A stretch of DNA of 64,000 nucleotides, from assembly GCA_965223545.1 (NCBI GenBank), contig OZ245006.1, positions 608,001 through 672,000 of the forward strand, in the 5' to 3' direction. The translations under genes and the position numbers were made by a program. This DNA is from Planctomycetota bacterium. GTDB taxonomy: Bacteria; Planctomycetota; UBA1135; UBA2386. Positions 1 through 8,233 of the stretch are shown here, in pieces. The notes below the pieces were generated by a model, which searched no databases, was not told where the DNA came from, and saw nothing but the letters and a program-made list of their open reading frames with translations. How positions within the stretch are numbered: position 1 is the first letter of the stretch; each line of letters opens with the position of its first letter.

Positions 1-2
1 AC

Positions 3-1199
3 AGCCTTCGCGTCCCTCTCCGCAGCGCGTTGCTGCCAATCGCCGCTGCCCTGACGCTGACCGCCGCGCCCGAAGCCCAATCGCCGATCCGCATGACATG
101 GATCACGACCGGCGACACCCGCGCCATTCTGCAGTGTTTCGGGCAGCAGTCGTTGCCCTCCGGAACCGATCTCACGACCAGTCCCTCGATCTCGCAGGTC
201 AACCCCGGCGGCGTGTACCCGCTCAACGCGGGAGTCAGCTTCTTCTCTCGACAGACCCTCGCGGGCTGGCCGTCGGTCGAGATCCGTGATTCGGCGTCGG
301 CCTACGCCTTGAACCGCCTCGTCGGGAGCGCGGGCTACACGGCGATGACCGGCGGGCCCCAGAGTGGCTTGCTGTGCAAGCAGATCACCGACACCCACGA
401 CAGTGTGCTGTCGCTGCGCCAAACCGCGTGGGCGTCGGTCCAAGCGGACTTGGTCGTCATCGCATCGACGACCCGGACCCAGACCTGCGAGGTGTGTCCG
501 TTTGGCTGGCCGGGCGGGCTCAAGTCGAACCTGCAACACTGGGCGAACGTCGACATCGGCGACGACGGCAGCGAGGAGGTTTCGTACGTGGCGTCGACCA
601 CGGGCGGCTCGCTGACCCGAACCTTCCCGATCACCTTGCGTCGGAACTCGACGCTACGGATCCGCCTCGGCACGCGCAGCCTGTCCGAGGCCTCGATCCC
701 TCTCGGCGTCTACGCGGAGGTATCGGTGTTCGTGTGGGGCTCGCTGCGAGTGGAGCTGCGCAACGTCCGCTATCCGGGCTCCGCGATCCCCTACGGCGCG
801 GGGTGCCCCGGTACCAACGGTATCGCCAGCCACGGCGCGGCGACCCCCGCCGCGCTCGGCAGCACCGCCATCTACGAGCTGCACAGCGGGCCCTTGAACT
901 CACCGACATTCCTGTATCTCGGCGCGTCCAACACCACCTTCCTCGGCCTCGGCCTGCCGCTGAACCTCGCTTTCCTGGGCGCGCCCTGCGATCTGCTCAC
1001 CAGCATCGACGCGACCATTCCCGCGATGACCGACGCCACCGGCTACGCCAACATTGCGCTGCCGGTGCCGGCAAGCCTTCCGGCGGCGGTCGGTGCACGG
1101 TTCTACTCGCAGTTCGTCTCCGTCGAGCCCCTGCCGGTCAATCCGCTGGGGCTGACCTACAGCAACGGGTTGGTGTCGATTCTCGGCGGCCCGCTCTGA
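3..1199 (+). CDS. Secreted protein (probably 5'-partial) with conserved Cys-containing C-terminal domain
   Basis: Frame is open from the window edge. Signal-peptide-like N-terminus (LPIAAALTLTAAPEAQ). C-terminal YGAGCPG...LGAPCDLL...LPVP...NPLGLTYSNG is shared with the ORFs at 13816 and 17162. Confidence 0.75.
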   Translation, partial: SLRVPLRSALLPIAAALTLTAAPEAQSPIRMTWITTGDTRAILQCFGQQSLPSGTDLTTSPSISQVNPGGVYPLNAGVSFFSRQTLAGWPSVEIRDSASAYALNRLVGSAGYTAMTGGPQSGLLCKQITDTHDSVLSLRQTAWASVQADLVVIASTTRTQTCEVCPFGWPGGLKSNLQHWANVDIGDDGSEEVSYVASTTGGSLTRTFPITLRRNSTLRIRLGTRSLSEASIPLGVYAEVSVFVWGSLRVELRNVRYPGSAIPYGAGCPGTNGIASHGAATPAALGSTAIYELHSGPLNSPTFLYLGASNTTFLGLGLPLNLAFLGAPCDLLTSIDATIPAMTDATGYANIALPVPASLPAAVGARFYSQFVSVEPLPVNPLGLTYSNGLVSILGGPL

Positions 1200-1242
1200 G
1201 GGCCCCACGCACCGCACAACCACCGCGGAGTACGATCCCCAC

Positions 1243-1641
1243 ATGCCCGACAACCCCCGCTTCCAGGCTGCCTCCCCCTACGGAGACGACGTCCTCGCTC
1301 TCCCAGTCGAAGACCTGGACGCCGCGTCGGCGCACTACACCGCGTGCTTCGGTATGGTCGAAGTGGAGCGGCGCGACACGCCGCACCCAGCGGTCATCCT
1401 CGAGCGCGACGGGGTGCGCATCGGCTTTGCGATCAACGGCGGGGACGCATCCAACGAGGGGGCGGCCATCCTGGTGCACGGCATCGAGCAGCTCCGCGAC
1501 GAGCTCGAGGGCAGGGGGGCCAAGATCGGAGACTGGCGCGTGGACGAGCGCGACGGCATGCGGTTTCAGGTCTTCTTCGTCGTCGCCCCCGACGGGCTCT
1601 GCTACTACTTCCACGAACCGCTGGCAGGAACCGAGCCCTGA
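1243..1641 (+). CDS. VOC/glyoxalase/bleomycin-resistance family protein
   Basis: 132 aa; LPVEDLDAASAHY...FGM and VVAPDG..YYF are typical VOC motifs. Confidence 0.8.
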   Translation: MPDNPRFQAASPYGDDVLALPVEDLDAASAHYTACFGMVEVERRDTPHPAVILERDGVRIGFAINGGDASNEGAAILVHGIEQLRDELEGRGAKIGDWRVDERDGMRFQVFFVVAPDGLCYYFHEPLAGTEP

Positions 1642-1679
1642 ACCTGTTCCGCGGACCTCCGGGCGAAGCAGAGGCCCGC

Positions 1680-3158
1680 ATGACGCGAACACCAGTGATT
1701 CTGTTGACCGGTGCGACCGGATACGTCGGCGGCCGCCTCCGCGCCGCCCTGGAAGCCGAGGGCGACTCGCTGCGATGCATGGCCCGGCGACCCGAGAACC
1801 TCCGCTCCCGCGTGTCGTCTTCGACCGAGGTCGTCGCGGGCGACGTGCTCGATCCCGACTCGCTCCAGGACGCTCTGAGCGGCACCAAGGTGGCCTACTA
1901 CCTGGTGCATTCCATGGGTTCCAAGGCCGACTTCGAAGAGAGAGATCGGCGTGCGGCGACCAACTTCGCAACGGCTGCGCGCGCGGCCGGACTCCGACGG
2001 ATCATCTACCTCGGGGGACTCGCCGAGCCCGGGTCGGATCTCTCCGCCCACCTTCGCAGCCGCCACGAAGTCGGCGAGATTCTGCGCACGTCCGGCTGCC
2101 AAGTCATCGAGCTGCGGGCATCGATCGTGATCGGCGCGGGGAGTCTGTCGTTCGAATTGGTCCGGTCGTTGGTCGAGCGGCTTCCCGTCATGATCACGCC
2201 GAAGTGGACCACGGTGGAGGCGCAGCCGATCGCGGTCGAAGATCTCATCGACTACTTGATGGCCTGCAGGCGGCTCGAAGGCACCGAGAACCGCATCTAC
2301 GAGATCGGAGGAGCCGATCGCGTCTCCTACGAAGGCCTGATGCGAGAATACGCCCGCCAGCGAGGCCTGCGCCGGTTCATGCTCCGCGTGCCCGTCATCA
2401 CCCCGTGGCTCTCGAGCCTCTGGCTCGGCCTGATCACGCCGGTCTTTGCCCGGATCGGGCGCAAGCTCATCGAGAGCATCAAGAGCCCCTCCGTGGTCCG
2501 CGACCCCTCGGCGGTCGTCGACTTCGACATCGAACCCACCGGGATGAGTTCTGCTATCGCCCGCGCCCTCGCCGACGAAGAAGCCTCGTTCGTTGAGAGC
2601 CGTTGGTCGGACGCACTCTCCAGCGGCGGCGACGTCGTGACCTGGGCGGGGGTCCGCTTCGGCAACCGGCTCGTCGACCGCCGCTCGCAGGTGCTCGCTC
2701 TGGAGCCCGTCGCTGCGTTCGCACCAATCCGTCGCATCGGTGGCAGGAACGGGTGGTACGCGTTCAACTGGCTCTGGAGCCTGCGCGGGACGATCGACCT
2801 CCTGCTCGGCGGCGTGGGCACGAGACGCGGGCGGTCACATCCGGACCGCGTCCGCGTCGGGGATGCCATCGACTTCTGGCGAGTGGAGGCATACGAGCCC
2901 GATCGACGGTTGCGCCTCTCGGCCGAGATGAAGCTCCCGGGAAGGGCATGGCTCGAGTTCGAAGCCAAGCCACAAGGCGCCGGCTCGGTGGTCTGCCAAA
3001 CCGCCGTCTTCGACCCCGTCGGTCTCGGCGGCCTGGCATACTGGTACCTCGTGTACCCACTGCACGCGCTCGTCTTTCGCGGCATGCTGAACGGGGTCAC
3101 GCGGGAAGCTCAGCGCGGCCGCGGCCGCAACCAAAGACCGAGCGCACCACGACAGTAG
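1680..3158 (+). CDS. Atypical SDR NAD(P)-binding oxidoreductase with C-terminal DUF2867-like domain (YbjT-like)
   Basis: ATG 1680; ILLTGATGYVG Rossmann motif; AYYLVHSM; C-terminal GDAIDFWRVE..RLRLSAEMKLPGRAWLEF. Confidence 0.85.
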   Translation: MTRTPVILLTGATGYVGGRLRAALEAEGDSLRCMARRPENLRSRVSSSTEVVAGDVLDPDSLQDALSGTKVAYYLVHSMGSKADFEERDRRAATNFATAARAAGLRRIIYLGGLAEPGSDLSAHLRSRHEVGEILRTSGCQVIELRASIVIGAGSLSFELVRSLVERLPVMITPKWTTVEAQPIAVEDLIDYLMACRRLEGTENRIYEIGGADRVSYEGLMREYARQRGLRRFMLRVPVITPWLSSLWLGLITPVFARIGRKLIESIKSPSVVRDPSAVVDFDIEPTGMSSAIARALADEEASFVESRWSDALSSGGDVVTWAGVRFGNRLVDRRSQVLALEPVAAFAPIRRIGGRNGWYAFNWLWSLRGTIDLLLGGVGTRRGRSHPDRVRVGDAIDFWRVEAYEPDRRLRLSAEMKLPGRAWLEFEAKPQGAGSVVCQTAVFDPVGLGGLAYWYLVYPLHALVFRGMLNGVTREAQRGRGRNQRPSAPRQ

Positions 3159-3312
3159 CGGAGCCCGCGAATCCAGCGGTGCTGGGCGGCCGCGCTGAGC
3201 CCGGAGGCCAGTGTTGTCTTCGAGCCTCCGGGAGCTGCGTTGTCGAATTCCCGGCGACGACGGGCCTTCCGAAAGGTTGTTGCCGCTCGAACATTCTCGG
3301 ACCCCGAGGCTC
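3108..3312. repeat. Palindromic REP/BIME-like repeat, copy 1 (empty IS target, AG core at 3223-3224)
   Basis: Near-identical to 3309-3518. Internal inverted repeats are GCTCAGCGCGGCCGC 3108-3122 / GCGGCCGCGCTGAGC 3186-3200 and GAGCCTCCGGG 3222-3232 / CCCCGAGGCTC 3302-3312. Confidence 0.9.
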
Positions 3313-3518
3313 AGTGCGGCCGCGGCCGCAACGGTATCAAAGACCGAGCGCACCACGACAGTAGCGGAGCCCGCGAATCCAGCGGTGCTGGGCGGCCGCG
3401 CTGAGCCCAGAGGCCAGTGTTGTCTTCGAGCCTCCGGGAGCTGCGTTGTCGAAGTTCCAGCGGCATCAAGCCTTCGAAAATGTTGTCGCCGCGCGAAGAT
3501 TCTCGGCCCCGGACGCTC
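3309..3518. repeat. Palindromic REP/BIME-like repeat, copy 2 (tandem; empty IS target, AG core at 3429-3430)
   Basis: Direct tandem duplicate of copy 1 (period ~201-206 bp) with the same TGTCTTCGAGCCTCCGGGAG site. Confidence 0.9.
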
Positions 3519-3548
3519 CGCGACTGGCGGAACTCGGGCTTGCGGGCC

Positions 3549-4004
3549 CTACCGGCACCGCGCCGCCAGCACCGCATCGAGGGTGACGTCGTGGCGATAG
3601 TCGAAGAGCTTGACCAGCCGCGGGCGGATGACGAAGCGATCGGCGCACCGCCCCAACGCGCCGAACGGAGGGGCGTAGTCGATCTCGTCGCGAAGCCGGC
3701 ACCCGGCCGCGTGCGCGAAGAAGAGGTGCTTGTGGCGCCACTCGGCGAACGGCCCCTCCACCATGACGTCCTCGAAGAACCGGTTCTTCTCGTAGGCGAC
3801 GTGCTCGGCCACGATCGTCGTCCACGACAGCCCGATCTTGGTGCGAACCCGCACCCTCGTTCCGACCTCGAGACCCGTGGGTGGTTCGATGATCTCGGTC
3901 CGCTCCCACGGCGGCTGCAGCAGGGCGAACGCGTCCGGCCGCTCATGGAACGCGAAGACCTCCTCCACAGTGGCGGGCAACACGCTCTCCTTCACGAATC
4001 GCAC
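3549..4004 (-). CDS. SRPBCC/START-fold ligand-binding protein
   Basis: GTG start 4004; VEEVFAFHERPDAFALLQPPW, FEDVMVEGPFAEWRHKHLF, LRDEIDY. Confidence 0.8.
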   Translation of the reverse strand: MRFVKESVLPATVEEVFAFHERPDAFALLQPPWERTEIIEPPTGLEVGTRVRVRTKIGLSWTTIVAEHVAYEKNRFFEDVMVEGPFAEWRHKHLFFAHAAGCRLRDEIDYAPPFGALGRCADRFVIRPRLVKLFDYRHDVTLDAVLAARCR

Positions 4005-4057
4005 GACCCGTCCGAGTCTACCTCGAGTCGGGCCGCGAACCCGGCCTCTTCCGCTGA

Positions 4058-6346
4058 TCACAGCGGCGCGCGCGTGAACACGCCGCGACCGTAGGTGCCG
4101 ATCGCGATCTCGTTGGAGCGCGGGTCGTAGACCATGTCGGTCACGTAGGGCGTGGTCGGCAACCCGTCGTTGTAGCTCTGCCACGTGGTGCCGCGGTCGG
4201 TCGACACGAAGACCCCGAGGTCGGAGCCGATGTAGAGGTGGCCGCGATCGTCCGGTGACCACAGCACACAGCGCACGTTGATCATCGATCCCAGGTTGCC
4301 CGTGCAATCGTTCCAGGTCTCGCCGGAATCGCGGCTGCAGACCACCCGGGTTCTAGTGATCCCACTCAGCCCCGCGATGACGAGGCGCCCGGCGTCGCTG
4401 ACCGAGCCGAACTCGATGTCGGTCACCTGCTTGCCCGACCACGATCCCGATCTGAGGGTGGCGAGATGAAGCGTCGGGTTGGCCGGAGTGGAGACGCGCA
4501 TGGGAACGATGCTGCCGTCGAGCCCGACCACGATCACTTCCGCAGTCGGCGTGGCGAGCGTCGCAGCAACCTTGGTCGGCACGGTTCCGGCCGGTACCGA
4601 GAACCGCTGGGACCACGCGGTGCCGGGGCCGGGGGTGCTGTAGACCGCGCCGCCGAAGTTCGTCAGGAAGGACCGGCCAGACCAGGTCAGGTCGGCGGTC
4701 CAGGGTTGACCACTCGGCAAACCGCTGGAGAACGAGTTCCACGCGCCACACGTCTGGCTCAGCGAGGGCGGGTACTGGAAGCGAAACTGACTGGTCGATG
4801 ACAGGCCGACCAGGGTCGAGTACAGCGTGCCGTCCTTGAACAACACGTCGCCACCGTCGCAGCAGGTGATTGCGTCCCACTGCCGGAACTCGTTGGGCCC
4901 CATCTGGACGCCGTTGTCCTGGGTGCCGATCGCGTATCGAGTTCCCGCGAACTTGTTGGCCTGATCCGGATTCACGGCGAGGGTACGCACCTGCATCGCG
5001 GCCAGCGAAGTCCCGCCGACCGTCCGCCATGTCGTGCCGACGTCCTCGGAACGCACGAGGCCGCCGTCGTTGCCGGCAAAGACGACGTTTCGCTTGGTGA
5101 CGTGTGGCCAGATGCACTGCACGTCCTCGTGCGTGAGGTTCGCGGAAGCCGTCCATGTCACACCCGCGTCGGTCGAGGTGTACATCGCGCGGGCGTTGCA
5201 ACCGGTCCACACCACGTTCGGGTTCGAATCCGAGACCGCGATCGCGTTGTTGTGTCGCATCTGACCCGCCGCCGGAACCGGCGTCGTCACCTGCGTCCAG
5301 CTCTGGCCACGGTCCATCGACCGCCAGATTCCGGCCCAAGTGTCATCGGGCGCCGCGACGCTGGCGTAGACCGCGTTGTGCACCCCGATCCTCCCGGCGC
5401 CAAGCGCGATCCGCGCCAAGGCCGGCGGCGCCCCCGGCAGAGCCTTGGTGACGAACGACCCGGCGGTCCCCTGGCTGCCACTCACGTGCACCACGCCATT
5501 CCGCGTCGTCGCGACGACCGAGAAGCTCCCCGTCAACGGCTGGCCGACGACCTCGACCGCCGCCATTTGATCGACGACGACCCGGTCCCAAGTTCCGGCT
5601 TCGCCGCGGAACAATCCCTGGCTCGAGGCGACGAAGACGACGTCCGAGTTGGGATCGCCCCCCGGCTGCACGTCGATGTCGGAAACGTACGCCGTGATGA
5701 GCGAAGTGAACGCCACGCGGCTCCACGACAGGCCCCCGTCCGAGGTGGTGTAGAGCAGCCCCATGGAAGGGGCGCCCGTGCCACCGAAACCGGTTCCGAA
5801 GCTGCCGGTGCCGACCCACGCGGTTCCGGACCGGACCAAGTGGGTTTCGATCGCGCTGATCGAAGGGTGTGCGATCGCGTCGAAGGCGGGCGCCCACGAA
5901 GCCCCCTCGTCGGTACTGCGCCACAGACCACCGCTCGAGGCGCCGGCCCACAGCAGCGACGGGTTGCCGAAGTCCTGGGCGAAACTGATGATGCGACCGG
6001 TCCAAGTTCCGGCCACCGGTAGACAGCCCGCGGGCCCTTGCGCACCGACCGGTCCGACGAACTCCCAGGGCAGGGCCGCGCCGTCGGCCTCGGGTGCGCC
6101 ACCGCGAGGGTCTCCGCCGGCATACAGGTGCGCCAGCCGAACACGGGCGACTTCGGCCGCCCCCTCTGGTTGGTAGGGGTCCGTCTGCTCCGCTGCTGGA
6201 GCTGGGACGCCCTGCGCAGTGCGTTGGTCGGCGTGCGTGCATGCCACGCCGAACAGGGCCGACGCGCTGGCGGCAGCGAGAGCAGAAAAACAGGTACGAC
6301 TGGATCGCGTCGACGGGGATCTCAGCGCGGCCGGGGCCGCAACCAA
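4058..6346 (-). CDS. Secreted/lipoprotein BNR (Asp-box) beta-propeller, sialidase/GH74/VPS10-like
   Basis: Multiple Asp-boxes (STDEGASW, TSDGGLSW, SMDRGQSW, STDAGVTW, SRDSGETW, STDRGTTW); GNDGG, GTQDNG and C-terminal GTYGRG; hydrophobic leader ending GVAC. Start uncertain (TTG 6346, inside repeat copy 3). Confidence 0.8.
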   Translation of the reverse strand: MVAAPAALRSPSTRSSRTCFSALAAASASALFGVACTHADQRTAQGVPAPAAEQTDPYQPEGAAEVARVRLAHLYAGGDPRGGAPEADGAALPWEFVGPVGAQGPAGCLPVAGTWTGRIISFAQDFGNPSLLWAGASSGGLWRSTDEGASWAPAFDAIAHPSISAIETHLVRSGTAWVGTGSFGTGFGGTGAPSMGLLYTTSDGGLSWSRVAFTSLITAYVSDIDVQPGGDPNSDVVFVASSQGLFRGEAGTWDRVVVDQMAAVEVVGQPLTGSFSVVATTRNGVVHVSGSQGTAGSFVTKALPGAPPALARIALGAGRIGVHNAVYASVAAPDDTWAGIWRSMDRGQSWTQVTTPVPAAGQMRHNNAIAVSDSNPNVVWTGCNARAMYTSTDAGVTWTASANLTHEDVQCIWPHVTKRNVVFAGNDGGLVRSEDVGTTWRTVGGTSLAAMQVRTLAVNPDQANKFAGTRYAIGTQDNGVQMGPNEFRQWDAITCCDGGDVLFKDGTLYSTLVGLSSTSQFRFQYPPSLSQTCGAWNSFSSGLPSGQPWTADLTWSGRSFLTNFGGAVYSTPGPGTAWSQRFSVPAGTVPTKVAATLATPTAEVIVVGLDGSIVPMRVSTPANPTLHLATLRSGSWSGKQVTDIEFGSVSDAGRLVIAGLSGITRTRVVCSRDSGETWNDCTGNLGSMINVRCVLWSPDDRGHLYIGSDLGVFVSTDRGTTWQSYNDGLPTTPYVTDMVYDPRSNEIAIGTYGRGVFTRAPL

Positions 6347-6436
6347 ACACGGAGCATTCCGCGACCCGAGCGTCGGTCGCGGGTTCCGCGGTCGCCGGCG
6401 GCCGCGCTGAGCCCAGAGGCCAGTGTTGTCTTCGAG
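6320..6436. repeat. Palindromic repeat copy 3, left part (interrupted by the IS)
   Basis: CTCAGCGCGGCCG...GCGGCCGCGCTGAGCCCAGAGGCCAGTGTTGTCTTCGAG; the last ~39 nt are identical to copy 2 up to the AG core. Confidence 0.9.
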
Positions 6437-6512
6437 ATGGGATGAGAGGGTCGATCCCTCCGACGCAGTCGCCACACAATGGCGCTGCAAAATCAAAGGA
6501 GCAGATCGACCC

Positions 6513-7589
6513 ATGACCAAAGTTACCGCTCAGACCTCCCCCGTGACCATCGGTCTCGACATTGGCGATCGGAACATCCACTACTGCGCACTGGACGCGT
6601 CGCGGACGGTCGTTGCGCGGGGCAGTTTCCCGACGACGCCGACAGCGCTCTCGAAGGCGCTGAGCGACTTCCCGGGCGCCAGAGTCGCTCTCGAGGCCGG
6701 CTCGCAGTCGGCCTGGATGTCTCGGCGGTTGCGCTCGGAGGGCTACGACGTTCACGTCGTGGACCCGCGCCGAGTGCAGCTGATCGCCAAGGATCCTCGC
6801 AAGACCGACCGGCGCGATGCCGAGACCCTGGCTCGCCTGGAGGCAGGGATGCCCGAGTTGCTCGGCACGATCCACCACCGCAGCGAGCAGGCACAGGCCG
6901 ACCTGTCGGTCATTCGTGCGCGCGACCTGCTGGTGAGGATGCGGACGATGGCAGTGCAGCAGGTCCGGAGCCTGGCGAAGGGCTTCGGCGTCCGGCTGCC
7001 GTCGGCATCGACCGCGGCGTTCCCGAAGCGAGCTCGCGAGTCCATGCCGGTCCTGCTACTCACTGCGGCGGAGCCGCTGCTGGACTTGATCGCCGACCTG
7101 TCCCGCCGGATCGACGAGCTCGACAAGGCGCTCGTCGAGGCGAGCCGCGAGCGATACCCCGAGGTCGCCGTCGTGCAGCAAGTCAACGGCGTGGGGCCGG
7201 TCACAGCGACCGCGTTCGTGCTGACGATCGAGGATCCGACACGATTCGCCGAAAGCCGCCGCGTGGGCTCCTGGCTCGGCTTGTGCCCAAAGAGCTTCGC
7301 GTCGGGCGACAGCAATCCGGAGCTGTCGATCAGCAAGGCTGGCGACGGCTATCTGAGACGGCTTCTGGTGCAGTGTGCGCACTACATCCTCGGCCCGTTC
7401 GGCAAGGACTGTGACCTCCGGCGCTTCGGGCAACGCCTGATCGCCCGCGGCGGCCGCGGCGCGAGGAAACGCGCGGCGGTCGCGGTTGCCCGCAAGCTCG
7501 CGCTACTGCTGCATCGGCTGTGGCGTCATGGCTTGGTCTACGACCCACTCCACAACAGCGACCGCGTAGCTGCCCACACCGCGGTATGA
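6513..7589 (+). CDS. IS110-family DEDD transposase/bridge recombinase
   Basis: RBS AGGAG 6497-6501; GLDIG, ALEAG, KTDRRDA (DEDD); GVGPVTA; GLCPKSFASG (catalytic Ser region); ISKAGD.YLRRLL; AVAVARKL. Confidence 0.95.
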   Translation: MTKVTAQTSPVTIGLDIGDRNIHYCALDASRTVVARGSFPTTPTALSKALSDFPGARVALEAGSQSAWMSRRLRSEGYDVHVVDPRRVQLIAKDPRKTDRRDAETLARLEAGMPELLGTIHHRSEQAQADLSVIRARDLLVRMRTMAVQQVRSLAKGFGVRLPSASTAAFPKRARESMPVLLLTAAEPLLDLIADLSRRIDELDKALVEASRERYPEVAVVQQVNGVGPVTATAFVLTIEDPTRFAESRRVGSWLGLCPKSFASGDSNPELSISKAGDGYLRRLLVQCAHYILGPFGKDCDLRRFGQRLIARGGRGARKRAAVAVARKLALLLHRLWRHGLVYDPLHNSDRVAAHTAV

Positions 7590-7678
7590 CCCAACCATGA
7601 TCGCCCCACCCCCAACCAACCGAATACCGTGGAGGAACCTGGCGTGATGCCGCTCCTGCACTGCTGAAGACTCACCGC

Positions 7679-7815
7679 CCGATCCCGGCGACAGCGACCG
7701 GAGGCTTGGCCCTCGAGGCCGTTATCGAGAAAGCTGCGCCGGGTCGGACGGATCTCATCGTGCACCGGTCTCGGACGAGGCCATCAGAGTGCGTATGGAA
7801 GCCTGCGGAGTCCGA
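7679..7815 (+). ncRNA. Putative bridge/seek RNA of the IS1111-type element (exact ends unknown)
   Basis: Two stem/internal-loop modules. Target loop has CCGGAGGCT 7698-7706 and TCGAG 7725-7729, matching the target. Donor loop has ATCTCATC 7752-7759 and ATGGAAG 7795-7801, matching the circle junction. Confidence 0.8.
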
Positions 7816-7885
7816 AGCTTGTCGCGCAGGGCGGCGCCAAGGCGCCCAGATTCTCAAGAAGAACAGATCCACAGACAAAGAGCTG

Positions 7886-7912
7886 TTGACGGGATCGCCC
7901 CTCTCATGGAAG
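7886..7912 (+). promoter_or_regulatory. -35 box (TTGACG) of predicted IS circle-junction promoter
   Basis: TTGACG 7886-7891 plus a 17-nt spacer. Circularisation creates GAAGAT at the -10 position, versus GAAGCC in the integrated state. Confidence 0.55.
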
Positions 7913-8001
7913 CCTCCGGGAGCTGCGTTGTCGAAGTTCCAGCGGCATCGAGCCTTCCGAAAGGTTGTCGCCGCGCGAAGATTTGCGGACCCTGAGGCTC
8001 A
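7913..8001. repeat. Palindromic repeat copy 3, right part
   Basis: CCTCCGGGAGCTGCGTTGTCGAAGTTCCAGCGGCATC...CCTTCCGAAAGGTTGTCGCCGCGCGAAGAT...GAGGCTCA continues the repeat exactly where the left part stopped. Confidence 0.9.
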
Positions 8002-8233
8002 CGGTGCGTTTTGCGGATGCGGGGTGTGACATGCCCCGGGCAGTGCCGCGCCGCAGCGACCGCAACACCCAACACGGCAACTTCCCCATATCTCTCACCC
8101 CTCGGTGTTGCATTCCGGCGGTCACGACACTCTCAACGAGGCGATGGCGCTTGACCGCAACACCTAGCCGACCGCTGCGCCGCGCTTCGGCGGCCACTCG
8201 GCCATACTACGGCGCAGGCGAGACCCTCCGCGA

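Larger units (their letters stand above)
6437..7912 (+). mobile_element. IS110-family, IS1111-type insertion sequence (~1476 bp), complete
   Basis: Boundaries defined by comparison with the empty sites (TTCG-AG-CCTCC). Sub-terminal IRs ATGAGAGGGTCGATCCC 6442-6458 and GGGATCGCCCCTCTCAT 7891-7907 (16/17). AG core at both junctions (6435-6436, 7911-7912). Long non-coding region 3' of the transposase. Confidence 0.95.

Noticed and set aside
3108..3518. Tandem repeat as a CRISPR array
   Set aside because: Units are ~200 bp with no short repeat/unique spacer alternation, and there are no cas genes in the window
3108..3518. Repeat as integron attC sites (IS1111 elements often target attC)
   Set aside because: No complementary RYYYAAC...GTTRRRY ends bounding a hairpin, flanking genes are not a co-oriented cassette array, and there is no integrase. 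Not formally excluded without IntegronFinder.
6423..6520. ORF-track N-terminal extensions of the transposase and BNR protein across the IS end
   Set aside because: They cross the IS boundary; the transposase has a clear RBS and ATG at 6513
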